A model generated the notes under the pieces. That model ran no database searches and was not told where the DNA came from. It worked only from the letters and a program-made list of their open reading frames with translations. Source: Myxococcota bacterium (GTDB lineage Bacteria; Myxococcota_A; Polyangia; Nannocystales; Nannocystaceae). From it: a stretch of DNA of 64,000 bases. Both the position numbers and the translations under genes were made by a program. Positions 18,135 to 28,097 of the stretch are shown one piece after another (position 1 is the stretch's first letter; each line of letters starts with the position of its first letter). Location: contig JBCCHT010000002.1 in assembly GCA_039028615.1 (NCBI GenBank), positions 288,001-352,000 of the forward strand. The letters run 5' to 3'.

Positions 18135-21089
18135 ATGACCGAGACCCGGCCCGACGACGGAGCAACCGACTCCGGCGCATCGTCATCGACCCCCGAAGCG
18201 GAGCTGGGGCTGGCGGGTCGCCGCGGCCTGGCCGAGCTGTTGTCGAACGCGTTCGGTCACCCGCAAACGACGGAGGACTTCGGCCGCTACGAGATCGGGC
18301 GTCGGCTCGGCTCGGGAGCGTTCGGCGAGGTCTACGAGGCGGTCGACCCCCGGCTCGACCGCAAGGTCGCGATCAAGCTGCTGCACCGCGGAGCCAGCCA
18401 CACGAACATCGAGCGCCTCCGTCGAGAGGCCCGCGCGATGGCCCAGGTCCAGCACCCGGCCCTGGTCGACGTGTACGAGGTCGGCCAGGTCCGGGACCGA
18501 GACTTCATCGCGATGGAGCTGGTGGTGGGCACCACCCTCGCCGACTGGGCCCTGGCCCATCCCCCCACGGAGCAGGGGCGCTGGCGCAGAGCGCTCGAGC
18601 TGCTGATGGAGGCGGGACGAGGCCTGGCCGCAGCCCATGCCCGCGGCCTCGTCCACCGCGACTTCAAGCCGGCCAACGTGCTCGTGAGCGACGACGGGCA
18701 AGCCAAGGTCGCCGACTTCGGTCTCGCCCGCATCGGCGCCACCGAAGCCTCGCACGAGGACATCACCAACCCCGGCGACCTGAGCGACTCGGCCTCCCTC
18801 GGCGAAGGCGCGCTCACGCGGACGGGCGCGATCATGGGTACGCCGCGCTACATGTCGCCCGAGCAGCACCTCGGTCGTCGCGTCGAAGCCCATAGTGACC
18901 AGTTCAGCTTCGCGGTGACCGCCTTTTGGGTGCTGCACGGGAACGCCCCCTTTGCCGGAGAGACCCTCACCGCCATCCTCGACTCGATCGAAGACCAGCG
19001 CTTCGAGCCGCCCGCCGTCGCCCAGATTCCTCGAGCGGTCAACACGGTGCTGCGGCGCGCGATGGCCTTGCACCCCGCCGACCGCTACCGGTCGATGGAC
19101 GCCCTGCTCGAGGCCCTGCAACGCGCGAGCGCGCCCCGTCGACTCTGGCCCTTGGTGGCGGTCGGCTCTGCGGCAGCGCTCGCGGTCACCCTCGGGGTGG
19201 TGCTGACGTCTCCCGACGAAGCCACCCATCCCCCCTGCGACCTCGACACGGCGCGAAAACAGGCGGCCACCGCCTGGAACCCCACGCGACGCAAGGCGGT
19301 CGTCGCCGCGTTGGAAGCCACCGGGGTGCCCTATGTCGAGGCCACCGTGCGCGGCATCGACGAGAACCTCGATGCCCGAGCCGAGCGATGGGTGCAGGCC
19401 CGGGCCCATGCCTGCCAGTCGACGTGGATCGAGCAGTCCGAGCCGGAGGAGGTCTTCGATCGCCGAGTGAGCTGCCTGCGGGACGACCTGGCGGACACCG
19501 ATGCCCTGGTCACGCTGCTCGAATCGGCCACGCCGAAGCTGGCCGAGCGCGCCGTGTCGGCCGTGGCGAGGCTCCCGGACCCGAGCCGATGCACCCAGGA
19601 AAACCGAGCCGCCCGCAGCGAGACGCCGCACGCGGGAGAGCTGCGTCGACGGCTCTCCACCGCTCGCGCCGCTCACTTGCTGGCCGAGTACACGAGCGCG
19701 CGGGAGGAAGCCCAAGCCATCGCCGCGTATGCCGAACAGGCGGGTCTGCGCAGCGTCCACGGGGATGCCCTCGAGCTGTGGGCCAAGGCCCAGTCCGCCA
19801 TCCAGCCCGGCTCGGCGCGCACGCAGATCACCGCCGCGTTCGAAGTCGCGGTGCAGCTCGATGAAAACGAAGCCGCCGCGAACCGAGCGCTGTCGGCCGC
19901 CTCGATGCTGGTCGACGAGTTCCCGGAAGAAGCCACGCAGTGGATGCGCCACGCCCACGCAGCACTCGACCGAGTCACCGCGCCCGGCATGGAGCTGCGG
20001 GCCCGCGCCGAGAAGATTCAGTGCCTCGTCAGCGGGACGCTGGGCAACTTCGAGGAGGCGCTGGGGCACTGCGAGCGCGCGATGGAGCTGGCGCAGCAGA
20101 TCCCCGAGCCGGCCGCCGACGCCCGCTGGGGCGTGACCATGACCACCGCCAACGCGCTGCGAGACCTCGGCCGCGAGCGAGAGGCGGTCACCCTGCTCGA
20201 GCGACTGCGCAGCGAGGCGATCGAGCGCAACGGGGCCAACCACCCGCGAGTCGGCGGCGCCACCATGAACCTGGGCAACAGTGCCAAGGTCGCGGGTGAT
20301 GTCGATCGGGCGGTCGCGCTCTACAAAGAAGCCGAGAAGATCTTCTCCATCGCCTACGGTCCCGACCACCCCTGGGTCGTCTCGAGCCTGCTCAACCGCG
20401 GCGGGGCCGAGCTGTCGCGACGCAACGTCGACGAGTCGGCCGCCGTGTTCTCGCGAGCCCTGGAGCTGTGCGGCGATCGGGAGGACTCCCGCACGATCCG
20501 CGTGATGCGGATGCTGGCCGAGTCGCGACGACACCAAGGTCGCTACGACTTGTCGCTGGAGCTGCTGACCCGGGTCACCGCGCTCGAGGACGAGCTGCTC
20601 CCGGACGACCACCCCCATCGGTCCTTCACCCATCACAACCGGGGGATGATCTATCTGATGCAGGGCGACCTCGAGTCGGCGCGCAAGGACTTCGAGCGCT
20701 CGCTCGAGCTGCATGTGGGCGCTCCGAACACGGCCCGCGCCGCGCAGAGCCACACCCAGCTCGCCAAGGTCGCGATGATGCAGGAGCGCATGGAAGACGC
20801 CGACGCGTCGATCGGGCGAGCGCTGGCAATCCTTCGGCAGGTCACCGTGTCTCCCACCGACCTCGCCGCGGTCTTGCTCCGTCAGGCCGAGGTCTTCATC
20901 GAGCTCGAGCGCTTCGAAGCCGCGCAGAGAAACCTCGATGAAGCCGCGCCCCTCATCGACAAGGCGACACCCGAGCTGAAGCAGGACCTCCCCGAAGCGC
21001 TGGTCGAGATCTCCGCGCGCATTCCTCCCCGAGTGCAAAACGCAGGTTCTGCCGACGTTCAACGAGGATCATCGCGCCTGTCCCAATGA
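18135..21089 (+). CDS. Ser/Thr protein kinase with TM segment and C-terminal TPRs
   Basis: GSGAFGEV, VAIK, HRDFKPAN, DFG, GTPRYMSPE; TPRs. Confidence 0.95.
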   Translation: MTETRPDDGATDSGASSSTPEAELGLAGRRGLAELLSNAFGHPQTTEDFGRYEIGRRLGSGAFGEVYEAVDPRLDRKVAIKLLHRGASHTNIERLRREARAMAQVQHPALVDVYEVGQVRDRDFIAMELVVGTTLADWALAHPPTEQGRWRRALELLMEAGRGLAAAHARGLVHRDFKPANVLVSDDGQAKVADFGLARIGATEASHEDITNPGDLSDSASLGEGALTRTGAIMGTPRYMSPEQHLGRRVEAHSDQFSFAVTAFWVLHGNAPFAGETLTAILDSIEDQRFEPPAVAQIPRAVNTVLRRAMALHPADRYRSMDALLEALQRASAPRRLWPLVAVGSAAALAVTLGVVLTSPDEATHPPCDLDTARKQAATAWNPTRRKAVVAALEATGVPYVEATVRGIDENLDARAERWVQARAHACQSTWIEQSEPEEVFDRRVSCLRDDLADTDALVTLLESATPKLAERAVSAVARLPDPSRCTQENRAARSETPHAGELRRRLSTARAAHLLAEYTSAREEAQAIAAYAEQAGLRSVHGDALELWAKAQSAIQPGSARTQITAAFEVAVQLDENEAAANRALSAASMLVDEFPEEATQWMRHAHAALDRVTAPGMELRARAEKIQCLVSGTLGNFEEALGHCERAMELAQQIPEPAADARWGVTMTTANALRDLGREREAVTLLERLRSEAIERNGANHPRVGGATMNLGNSAKVAGDVDRAVALYKEAEKIFSIAYGPDHPWVVSSLLNRGGAELSRRNVDESAAVFSRALELCGDREDSRTIRVMRMLAESRRHQGRYDLSLELLTRVTALEDELLPDDHPHRSFTHHNRGMIYLMQGDLESARKDFERSLELHVGAPNTARAAQSHTQLAKVAMMQERMEDADASIGRALAILRQVTVSPTDLAAVLLRQAEVFIELERFEAAQRNLDEAAPLIDKATPELKQDLPEALVEISARIPPRVQNAGSADVQRGSSRLSQ

Positions 21090-21228
21090 TGCTCCGTCGT
21101 CCGTTCGAACATCCTCAACGGCGGATTTAAACCACACAAAACAATCGCGACAGGTGAGGAAAATCCTGCATTCCTGGACGTTTGGGGGCCACATTCCAGG
21201 GCTCTTACCCGTGCATCTGCGAAGTCCC

Positions 21229-22446
21229 GTGAAGCGCTTCATTCTCACCACCCTCCCCATCCTGCCTCTCGTCGTGTCCGTGACCGCATGCGGTGACGAT
21301 GGCGACCCCGCGATCGAGGAGGGCACGGGCACCGGCTCCGTGGACACCGGAACACCCACGCCCGCCGAGTCCGGCGATGTCGTCGACGAGTCGGGAGATT
21401 CCGGTACCGCGGCTGACACCACGGGTGAGGAGCAAAGCGGCATTCCGGTCCTCGGTGATCTCGGCCACACGCTCGACGACGTCGTGCTCGAGGTAATCGC
21501 GACCGGCCTCGAGACCCCGACCGACGCCGAGTTCAATCCCGATGCGCCCGAGGAGCTGTGGGTCCTCAACCGCAACAGCTCGGTCATGATCGTCAGCAAC
21601 CCGGGCGAGGCCAACCAGGCGGAGCTGATGCGAATCGGCACCACCTTCAACAACGGGACGCACTTCCTGGCCAAGCCCGCCGCGCTGGCCTTCGGGCAGC
21701 CGGGCTCCATGGCCACCGCGCAGCAGGAAGACCAGATCACGCAGCCCTCGACGCCGGCCGACTTCATGGGCCCCACCCTGTGGACCAGCGACAGCGCCAT
21801 CTTCGACGCGGGCCACCCCTCGCACCTCGACATGCTGCACAACAGCCCGCTCGCGTCGGGCATCGCGTGGGAGCAGGGCAACGTCTACTGGGTCTACGAC
21901 GGCACCCACGGCTCGCTCACCCGCTACAACTTCAACGAGGACCATGACCTCGGCGGCACCGACCACACCGACGGTGAGCTCCAGCGCTACGCCGACGGCC
22001 AGCTCGGCTACCAGCCCGGCGTGGTGCACCACGTGGTCGTGCACCACGAGGCGGCGCTCGTGTACGCGGCCGACCCCGCCAACAACCGCGTCGTCGCGCT
22101 CGACCCCTCCGTCGGCAACCCCGGCGGAGCGATCGCGCCCAACTACGACGGCACCACGCAGACGATGATCGACGGCTCCTCCGTCACCACGCTGATCGAC
22201 GGCGCCACGCTCGAAGCGGCCATGGAGATGCCCTCGGGCTTGGAGATGGACGACGGCTACCTGTTCGTCACCGACAGCGCGACCTCGGTCATCTTCGGCT
22301 TCGACTTCGACGGCAACCTCGTCGACTGGCTCGACACCGGGTGGCCCGCCGGCACCTTGATGGGCATCGCGTTCGACGACGAGGGTCGCCTCTACGCCGT
22401 CGACGCGGTGATGAACCAGCTGGTCCGCATCTCGCCCGCCGAGTAG
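21229..22446 (+). CDS. Beta-propeller (NHL-like) lipoprotein
   Basis: VTAC lipobox; propeller-blade-like repeats (PTDAEF, PAALAF, SGIAW, PSGLEM, MGIAFDDEGRLYAVD). Confidence 0.75.
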   Translation: MKRFILTTLPILPLVVSVTACGDDGDPAIEEGTGTGSVDTGTPTPAESGDVVDESGDSGTAADTTGEEQSGIPVLGDLGHTLDDVVLEVIATGLETPTDAEFNPDAPEELWVLNRNSSVMIVSNPGEANQAELMRIGTTFNNGTHFLAKPAALAFGQPGSMATAQQEDQITQPSTPADFMGPTLWTSDSAIFDAGHPSHLDMLHNSPLASGIAWEQGNVYWVYDGTHGSLTRYNFNEDHDLGGTDHTDGELQRYADGQLGYQPGVVHHVVVHHEAALVYAADPANNRVVALDPSVGNPGGAIAPNYDGTTQTMIDGSSVTTLIDGATLEAAMEMPSGLEMDDGYLFVTDSATSVIFGFDFDGNLVDWLDTGWPAGTLMGIAFDDEGRLYAVDAVMNQLVRISPAE

Positions 22447-22453
22447 CGACGCG

Positions 22454-23602
22454 ATGCTGCGACCGCGCTCGACAGCGACGAGACGAGCCGGGCTCGCGAC
22501 CCTCGTGGTGGTCGCGAGCGCCTGGTCCGTCGACGCGAGCGCGCATCCCAACACCCCGGTGCCCCTGTTCGGCGAGGTCCCCTGCATGACCGTCGTCGAC
22601 CAGGCGGGGGCGCCCGTGGTCGAGCTTCCCTACGCCATCGAGAAGCCGACGGGCGAGATTCCGCCCGACAACTCGGAGCTCGAGGACAACCACACCCTCC
22701 AGTTCTTCGCGCTCGAGCGGGCCTTCCCCGGCATCTCGCCCAACTGGATCGGCGAGTACGACCTCGACCGCGTGGAGGCGCTGGGCATCGTGGACCCGGA
22801 CCAGCTGCTGCCCGAGCACGTGCTCGAGTGGACGCCCGATCTCGACGCCGACGAGTGGTACCGCATCGTCCCCGACGACGCCCGCCTGCCGCTGACGCCC
22901 ACGCCGAAGACCACCATCGCCTGGGACACCACCGACAACGACCCCGGCGCCTACCTCGTCTACGGCTATAGCTGGGAGCCCCCCATCAACCTGTGGACGC
23001 CCCGCTTCGGTGCGGTGCGGCTGCTCGCCGATGGCAACGACCCCGCCAGCGGCGGACCGGCGGTGTTCTTGGCCGTCGACCTGGGCGCGACCGTGGACGC
23101 GGGTGACGACTACACGGTGCGCGGGTGCTTCGACGCCGCGCCGGGGAGCGAGCTCGTGCTGACCTGGGCCGCGCGCGTGCCCGAGCCCGAGTGGGAGTGG
23201 AACGAGTTTGCGCGCCTCGAGGTGCAGGCCGGCGAGCTCGAGGTGCTGCTGCCCACCACCCCCGACCTCGCGCTGCAGACACTCGCGATCCGAGCCGACA
23301 TCGTCGACCCGCAAGGACGCGCGTCGTCGGCGATGGCCCCCGTCGGCGTGGACGTACGCCCCGGCCCGCCCGTGGAGACCGATGGCGACTCGACCGGCGG
23401 CGACACGGACGACGAGACCGGCGACGGAAGCTCGACCGGACTGGGCGACGGCGGCAGCTCCGAGGGCACGGGCACCGCCCCTGGCTCCGATGGTGGAGGC
23501 GATGGGTGCTCCTGCCGTCAGTCTTCGGGAGGCGACGACGCGCTCGGTTGGCTCGGCCTGCTCGGCTTGCTCGGCTTGATGCGACGCCGCTCGCTCCGTT
23601 GA
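22454..23602 (+). CDS. MYXO-CTERM sorting-domain surface protein
   Basis: Signal peptide; C-terminus GCSCRQSSGG...WLGLLGLLGLMRRR. Confidence 0.85.
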   Translation: MLRPRSTATRRAGLATLVVVASAWSVDASAHPNTPVPLFGEVPCMTVVDQAGAPVVELPYAIEKPTGEIPPDNSELEDNHTLQFFALERAFPGISPNWIGEYDLDRVEALGIVDPDQLLPEHVLEWTPDLDADEWYRIVPDDARLPLTPTPKTTIAWDTTDNDPGAYLVYGYSWEPPINLWTPRFGAVRLLADGNDPASGGPAVFLAVDLGATVDAGDDYTVRGCFDAAPGSELVLTWAARVPEPEWEWNEFARLEVQAGELEVLLPTTPDLALQTLAIRADIVDPQGRASSAMAPVGVDVRPGPPVETDGDSTGGDTDDETGDGSSTGLGDGGSSEGTGTAPGSDGGGDGCSCRQSSGGDDALGWLGLLGLLGLMRRRSLR

Positions 23603-23647
23603 TACCGAACGCTTCACAGCTCGCCCCCGTGTTAGCGTCGGGGTGCG

Positions 23648-24247
23648 ATGGGTTTGTTCGGCCGGCTGTTCAAGAAGAAGGAACCCCTCAACAACTGCGA
23701 CTGGTGCGGGACCGACTTCGCCGAGGCCGGCACCGAGTCCGGGGGCCTGCTCTTTTGCAGCGCGGCGTGTGTGGAGGCCAAGGACGCCCCCGCGGTGGAG
23801 CGCACGCAGCGAGCCGTGCACCAAGCTCGCGAGCTGACCGTCGACGAAGCCCGCAGCGCCCTGAAGCTGGCTCGCGACGAGCTCGTCCACTTCGCGAAGT
23901 TCCTCGAGAACGGGCTGAACGACGACCGCATCGACGGTTCCCCCAACCTGGAGGCGGAGACCAACCAGCGGGAGTTCGAGCTGTGGCGTAGCCTCGACGA
24001 CGTCCGGCAGGTCGCCGTACGGGAGCAGCTCAACGTCGGCGGCTACGATGCGCTGCGGGAGCGTAGTGTGGTCAACACCATCGAGATCCGTCGGGACTCG
24101 GACGTTTCGCTCGGGCTCGGCCTCACCGGGCCCAAGCTCCGCCGGACGTCGAGCGTCACCGCCGACTTCGCGGCGGGGAACATCGAGCGAATGGCCGAGG
24201 CGATCGAGGCGCTCGAAGCAACGTTTCGAGGCCTCGGTCTGCGGTGA
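23648..24247 (+). CDS. Hypothetical protein with TRASH/FCS-type zinc finger
   Basis: CDWC...LFCSAAC after an amphipathic MGLFGRLFKKK N-terminus. Confidence 0.65.
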   Translation: MGLFGRLFKKKEPLNNCDWCGTDFAEAGTESGGLLFCSAACVEAKDAPAVERTQRAVHQARELTVDEARSALKLARDELVHFAKFLENGLNDDRIDGSPNLEAETNQREFELWRSLDDVRQVAVREQLNVGGYDALRERSVVNTIEIRRDSDVSLGLGLTGPKLRRTSSVTADFAAGNIERMAEAIEALEATFRGLGLR

Positions 24248-24250
24248 GCC

Positions 24251-26272
24251 TCAGCGCGGGGCGGCGGCGATGTTGCCCCCGTCCACCGTGAGCACGGTGC
24301 CCGTGGTGGACTCGGCCTTCGCGAGGGCGACGAAGGCCTGGGCGACGTCGTCGGCCGAGACCTCGCGCCTGAGCAGGTTCGAGCGGAAGTAGGCGTCGGC
24401 GGTCAGGCCCCTCGCCTGCGCCCGCGCCTCGACGTCGGCGGGGTCGAGCAACCCGCTGCGAATGCGGTCGGCATTGATCGCGTTGCTCCGCACGCCGACC
24501 GGGCCGCCTTCGATCGCATACTGCTTCATCAACGCCACCAGCCCCGCCTTGGCCACCGCGTAGGGGCCAAAGCCCGCCCCCGGGTTGAAGGCCGCCTTCG
24601 AGGCGTTGAACAGCAGCACGCCCCCCATCCCCTGCGCCACCATGACCGACGTCGCCGCCGCGGCCAGCCACTGGTGGGCGAGCAGGTTGATCGCGAGGCT
24701 GTCCTCCAGCACCTGCGGCGGACACTCGGCGATGGGCGCCTGCGGTGCCGTGCCCGCGTTGGACACCACGATGTCCAGCCCGCCGAAGCGGGCCACGGCA
24801 TTGCGAACGCTCTGCCCGACGGCCTCGCGATCGCGCAGGTCTACCGCCTCATACGCCGCGCCCAGCGACTTCGCGATCGCGGCGATCCCCTCGGCATCCC
24901 GATCGACCAGAAACAGCGCCGCGCCCTGGGCCGCGAACGCGTTGGCCGTCGCCGCGCCGATCCCCGATGCCGCGCCCGTGATGTACACGACCTTGCCCTG
25001 CAGCGGCGGCGGCGTCTTGCGACCGAGCTTGGCCTGCTCGAGCGACCAATACTCCATGTCGAACAGATCCGACTCGGGCAGCGCCTGGTACCGCCCCACC
25101 GCCTCGGCGTCACCGATGACCGCGATCGTGTGCTCGTACAGGTCGGCCGCGACCCGAGCCGCCTTGGCGTTGGCCCCGGCCGCCACCAGGCCCAAGCCGG
25201 GCACCAAGACCACGCGCGGGTCCGGGTCGAGCGGCGTCTTGCTGAGCCCGCGCGTCTCGATCTGCCCCTGCACATACGCCTGGTAGCGCTCGCGGTAGGC
25301 CTGCAGCGCCTCTTCCACGTGTGCCGCCAAGTCTTGGGCGCCGTGTGGATCGAGGAGCAGCGGCCAGGGCTTGGTGCGAATCACATGGTCGGGGGTAATC
25401 GGCCCGCGGCCGGAGAGCTTCGACAGCTCTGGCCGATCGGCGAAAGCCCGCACCGCCGCGCTGTCGCGCAGCTCGAACAGATACGAGCGCTCGCCCTGCC
25501 CCAGACGACCGCGCAGCACGGGAGCGAGGGTCGGCCAGTCGACGGTCGGCCGCTTGTCGCTCACCTGCACCGTCGCACGGCGGCTCGCGATGAACTCTTC
25601 GGCCTTGGTCACCGCGGCGACGTGCCGCTCGTAGGACTCCCGCGCCGAGTCACCAAACGTGAACAGCCCGTGCTGGAGCAGCAGCAGGCCCTCGCACTCG
25701 GGGTGCGCCTCGTAGGTCTGCGCGGCCAGCTTGGCCAGGGCAAAGCCGGGCATCACATACGGCACGATGGCCAGCGCCTCACCGAAGATCTCGCGGCACA
25801 GCGCCTCGGACTTCGGCTGATCGACCAGCGCCAAGATCGCGTCCGCGTGGCTGTGGTCGATGAAGCGATGGGGCAAGAATGCATGCAGCAGCGTCTCGAC
25901 CGAGGGATTGGGCGCCGAAGCATCGAGCAGACGCACCCGCGCCGCGTTGACCATGTCCTCGTCCGACAACGACTCGCGCTTGCGCAGGGCGGCCAAGGTC
26001 TCGAGGCGCACGGCCGGCAGCCCTTCGGGCTCGATCTGTCCCAGGTCCCAGCCGCTGCCCTTGACGCAGAGCACGGGGGTGGGCTCGCCCAGGTCGTCCG
26101 GCAGCGAGGTCTTGACCGAAGTATTGCCGCCGCCGTGCAGGACCAGCGTGGACTCGCCGCCGATGAGCCGCGACGTGTAGACCCGCAGCGCCAGGTCCTC
26201 GTTGCGCCCCGGCCCCTGCCCCCACCGCTGCACCGCGGCCTTCGCTTCCTCGTCCGACCATCCCGATCGCAT
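24251..26272 (-). CDS. Bifunctional class II aldolase / short-chain dehydrogenase (RhaEW/YuxG-like)
   Basis: HGGGNTSVK, PSVETLLH, IDHSHAD, TPDHVIRTK, EYWSLEQAKL, TGAASGIG, YAVAK. Confidence 0.9.
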   Translation of the reverse strand: MRSGWSDEEAKAAVQRWGQGPGRNEDLALRVYTSRLIGGESTLVLHGGGNTSVKTSLPDDLGEPTPVLCVKGSGWDLGQIEPEGLPAVRLETLAALRKRESLSDEDMVNAARVRLLDASAPNPSVETLLHAFLPHRFIDHSHADAILALVDQPKSEALCREIFGEALAIVPYVMPGFALAKLAAQTYEAHPECEGLLLLQHGLFTFGDSARESYERHVAAVTKAEEFIASRRATVQVSDKRPTVDWPTLAPVLRGRLGQGERSYLFELRDSAAVRAFADRPELSKLSGRGPITPDHVIRTKPWPLLLDPHGAQDLAAHVEEALQAYRERYQAYVQGQIETRGLSKTPLDPDPRVVLVPGLGLVAAGANAKAARVAADLYEHTIAVIGDAEAVGRYQALPESDLFDMEYWSLEQAKLGRKTPPPLQGKVVYITGAASGIGAATANAFAAQGAALFLVDRDAEGIAAIAKSLGAAYEAVDLRDREAVGQSVRNAVARFGGLDIVVSNAGTAPQAPIAECPPQVLEDSLAINLLAHQWLAAAATSVMVAQGMGGVLLFNASKAAFNPGAGFGPYAVAKAGLVALMKQYAIEGGPVGVRSNAINADRIRSGLLDPADVEARAQARGLTADAYFRSNLLRREVSADDVAQAFVALAKAESTTGTVLTVDGGNIAAAPR

Positions 26273-26365
26273 GAAGGGCAGTAAAAGCTCTGCTCCCGCC
26301 GCTGTCCACCCCGCGATCGGGTCCCCGCCGTAGGCCCCGAGACGAGGCGAGAACGCTCGAGCTGG

Positions 26366-27274
26366 CTACGGGGCGCAGGCCTCGAGCATGGCCTGGAAGC
26401 CGGGCCACCTCTGCTCATTGCCGTTGTCGAACAGCGGCTGGGTGAGTCCGTCCTCCTTCACCAGTTGCACGGCCGTGACCTCGACCTTCGCGTCACCGAG
26501 CACCACCTGATTGTCGTGGACGAAGCCACGAATCCCGCCGCCCTCGTCACCGCTGCCGATCGCCCCCTCGGAGTCGTCGAAGTACGCGACGCACCGCGTC
26601 GACCGCTCGCCGCTGCGCGGGGTCAGAATTTCCTCTCCGTAGTACGCGCGGTAGATGTTGCGGAACGCCGCCACCTTCCCGCTCCCGTGACTGCCGTTGG
26701 CCTTGATGCGAAACACCGCGTGATACTGCTCCTTGGCCCGTGCCGGCTCGGATGGGGTCACGGCCAACCCCACGCCATCGAGCAATGCCTGGCCGACCGC
26801 GATCCGCTCGGCCCTATCCGTGAACTGGTCGTTGTCTCGAAACAGCGCGAGCAATAGATCGGTACGACCCTGGTTCGGGTCGCAGCCATCGCCCACCGTC
26901 GTCCCGGGTGCGCACTGGGCAGCACCGCCCGGACTCGTGCGCGCGTAAGAGTCGAACGCCACCCCGAAGCCATGGTCGATGCAATCCACCATGGCCGCGG
27001 CCGCATGCGGTGCCAGATACGAGTCCCCCACCCTCCTCCCCGGATTCGTGAAGTGCTTCGCCATGAGCGTGTTGTCGATGTCGAAGATGCAGATTCCCCG
27101 GGGCGGAGCCAAGGGTGCCGTTTCTCGGTCCTCCGGTATGAATGACGGCAGCGCGGAGTCACCGTCTTCGACGACCGCTTGGGCGGCCGAGCTCGACCGA
27201 GGATGGGCGCAGGATGCCAGAGACAGCAGCCCTAGCCCCGCGACGACGATGGAGAGTTGCTCGACGATGCGCAT
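26366..27274 (-). CDS. HAD-superfamily lipoprotein
   Basis: LASC lipobox; CIFDIDNTL (motif I); AYFDDS (motif IV). Confidence 0.6.
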   Translation of the reverse strand: MRIVEQLSIVVAGLGLLSLASCAHPRSSSAAQAVVEDGDSALPSFIPEDRETAPLAPPRGICIFDIDNTLMAKHFTNPGRRVGDSYLAPHAAAAMVDCIDHGFGVAFDSYARTSPGGAAQCAPGTTVGDGCDPNQGRTDLLLALFRDNDQFTDRAERIAVGQALLDGVGLAVTPSEPARAKEQYHAVFRIKANGSHGSGKVAAFRNIYRAYYGEEILTPRSGERSTRCVAYFDDSEGAIGSGDEGGGIRGFVHDNQVVLGDAKVEVTAVQLVKEDGLTQPLFDNGNEQRWPGFQAMLEACAP

Positions 27275-27389
27275 GGCCTCGACGATCAACGTACAGGTGC
27301 GCCCTCACGCCGCCACTGCCACTTCGAGCCATTGAATTGGCATTCCCCGCCACGGGCTCGCACGAACCCGAGCGGGGGTGAGGCCCCGC

Positions 27390-28097
27390 TCAGCTCGCGG
27401 GGTCTTGGCCGAGCAGGTTGCGGCAAGTAGGCGAGGTGGGGACCGCCTTGGGCGACGGGTTGGTGCGCAGCACCAAGTCCCCCAGGTGCATGGTGACCCC
27501 CATCCAGAAGTGCTCGTTCTTGAAGTGGTGCAGGCGATGGTGACGCCACAGCCGTCGATACAGGCGCCCCCGCGGGCGATAGCTCGAGTGGCTGATGAAG
27601 TGGGTCCACTCGTAGACGAGGCCGATGGCGATGACGGCGAGCAAGAAGCTGAGCCACAGCGCCCAGGTGGGGGTGACGATGGCCGCGACCCCTGCGGCGA
27701 TGGCCATGCCGATCAGGGCGCCGCGCATGGGCGTGCACCAGTAGCGAGGGTCGTGGGGGCTTTCGTGGTGCAGCCGATGCTCGCGCGCGAGCTCGGTGTC
27801 GAGGGTCCAGCGCCCGAGCTTGCGTGGCCGCCAGTGCAGCACGCCGACGTGGATGACCCACTCGGTGAAGGGGTGAAGCGCGAGCACGGCCGCGGCCACG
27901 GCCCCGTCCCACAGGCTGAAGTCGCCGACCACGATGCGCAGCGCGGCCACGGGCACGAGCAGCGCGGCGATGATCTGGGCCGAGCGCTGGCGGATGAAGA
28001 TCTGAAAGACCCCGCGCAAGGTCAGACCCGGCGCGCGGGGATCGAGTTCGACGGACCGAGGGCGGCGCCCAGCCACCGTGGAGCTACCAGCGTTCAT
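27390..28097 (-). CDS. Fatty acid hydroxylase / sterol desaturase family protein
   Basis: His boxes EWVIHVGVLH, HRLHH, YEWTHFISH, HHRLHHFK; TM helices; ATGA overlap with the GntR stop. Confidence 0.9.
   Translation of the reverse strand: MNAGSSTVAGRRPRSVELDPRAPGLTLRGVFQIFIRQRSAQIIAALLVPVAALRIVVGDFSLWDGAVAAAVLALHPFTEWVIHVGVLHWRPRKLGRWTLDTELAREHRLHHESPHDPRYWCTPMRGALIGMAIAAGVAAIVTPTWALWLSFLLAVIAIGLVYEWTHFISHSSYRPRGRLYRRLWRHHRLHHFKNEHFWMGVTMHLGDLVLRTNPSPKAVPTSPTCRNLLGQDPAS

Noticed and set aside
18183..21062. 959-aa antisense ORF, and similar long shadow ORFs opposite groEL, pepN, sdhA and the M1 peptidase
   Set aside because: Expected by-product of high-GC codon bias opposite genuine genes; no motifs.
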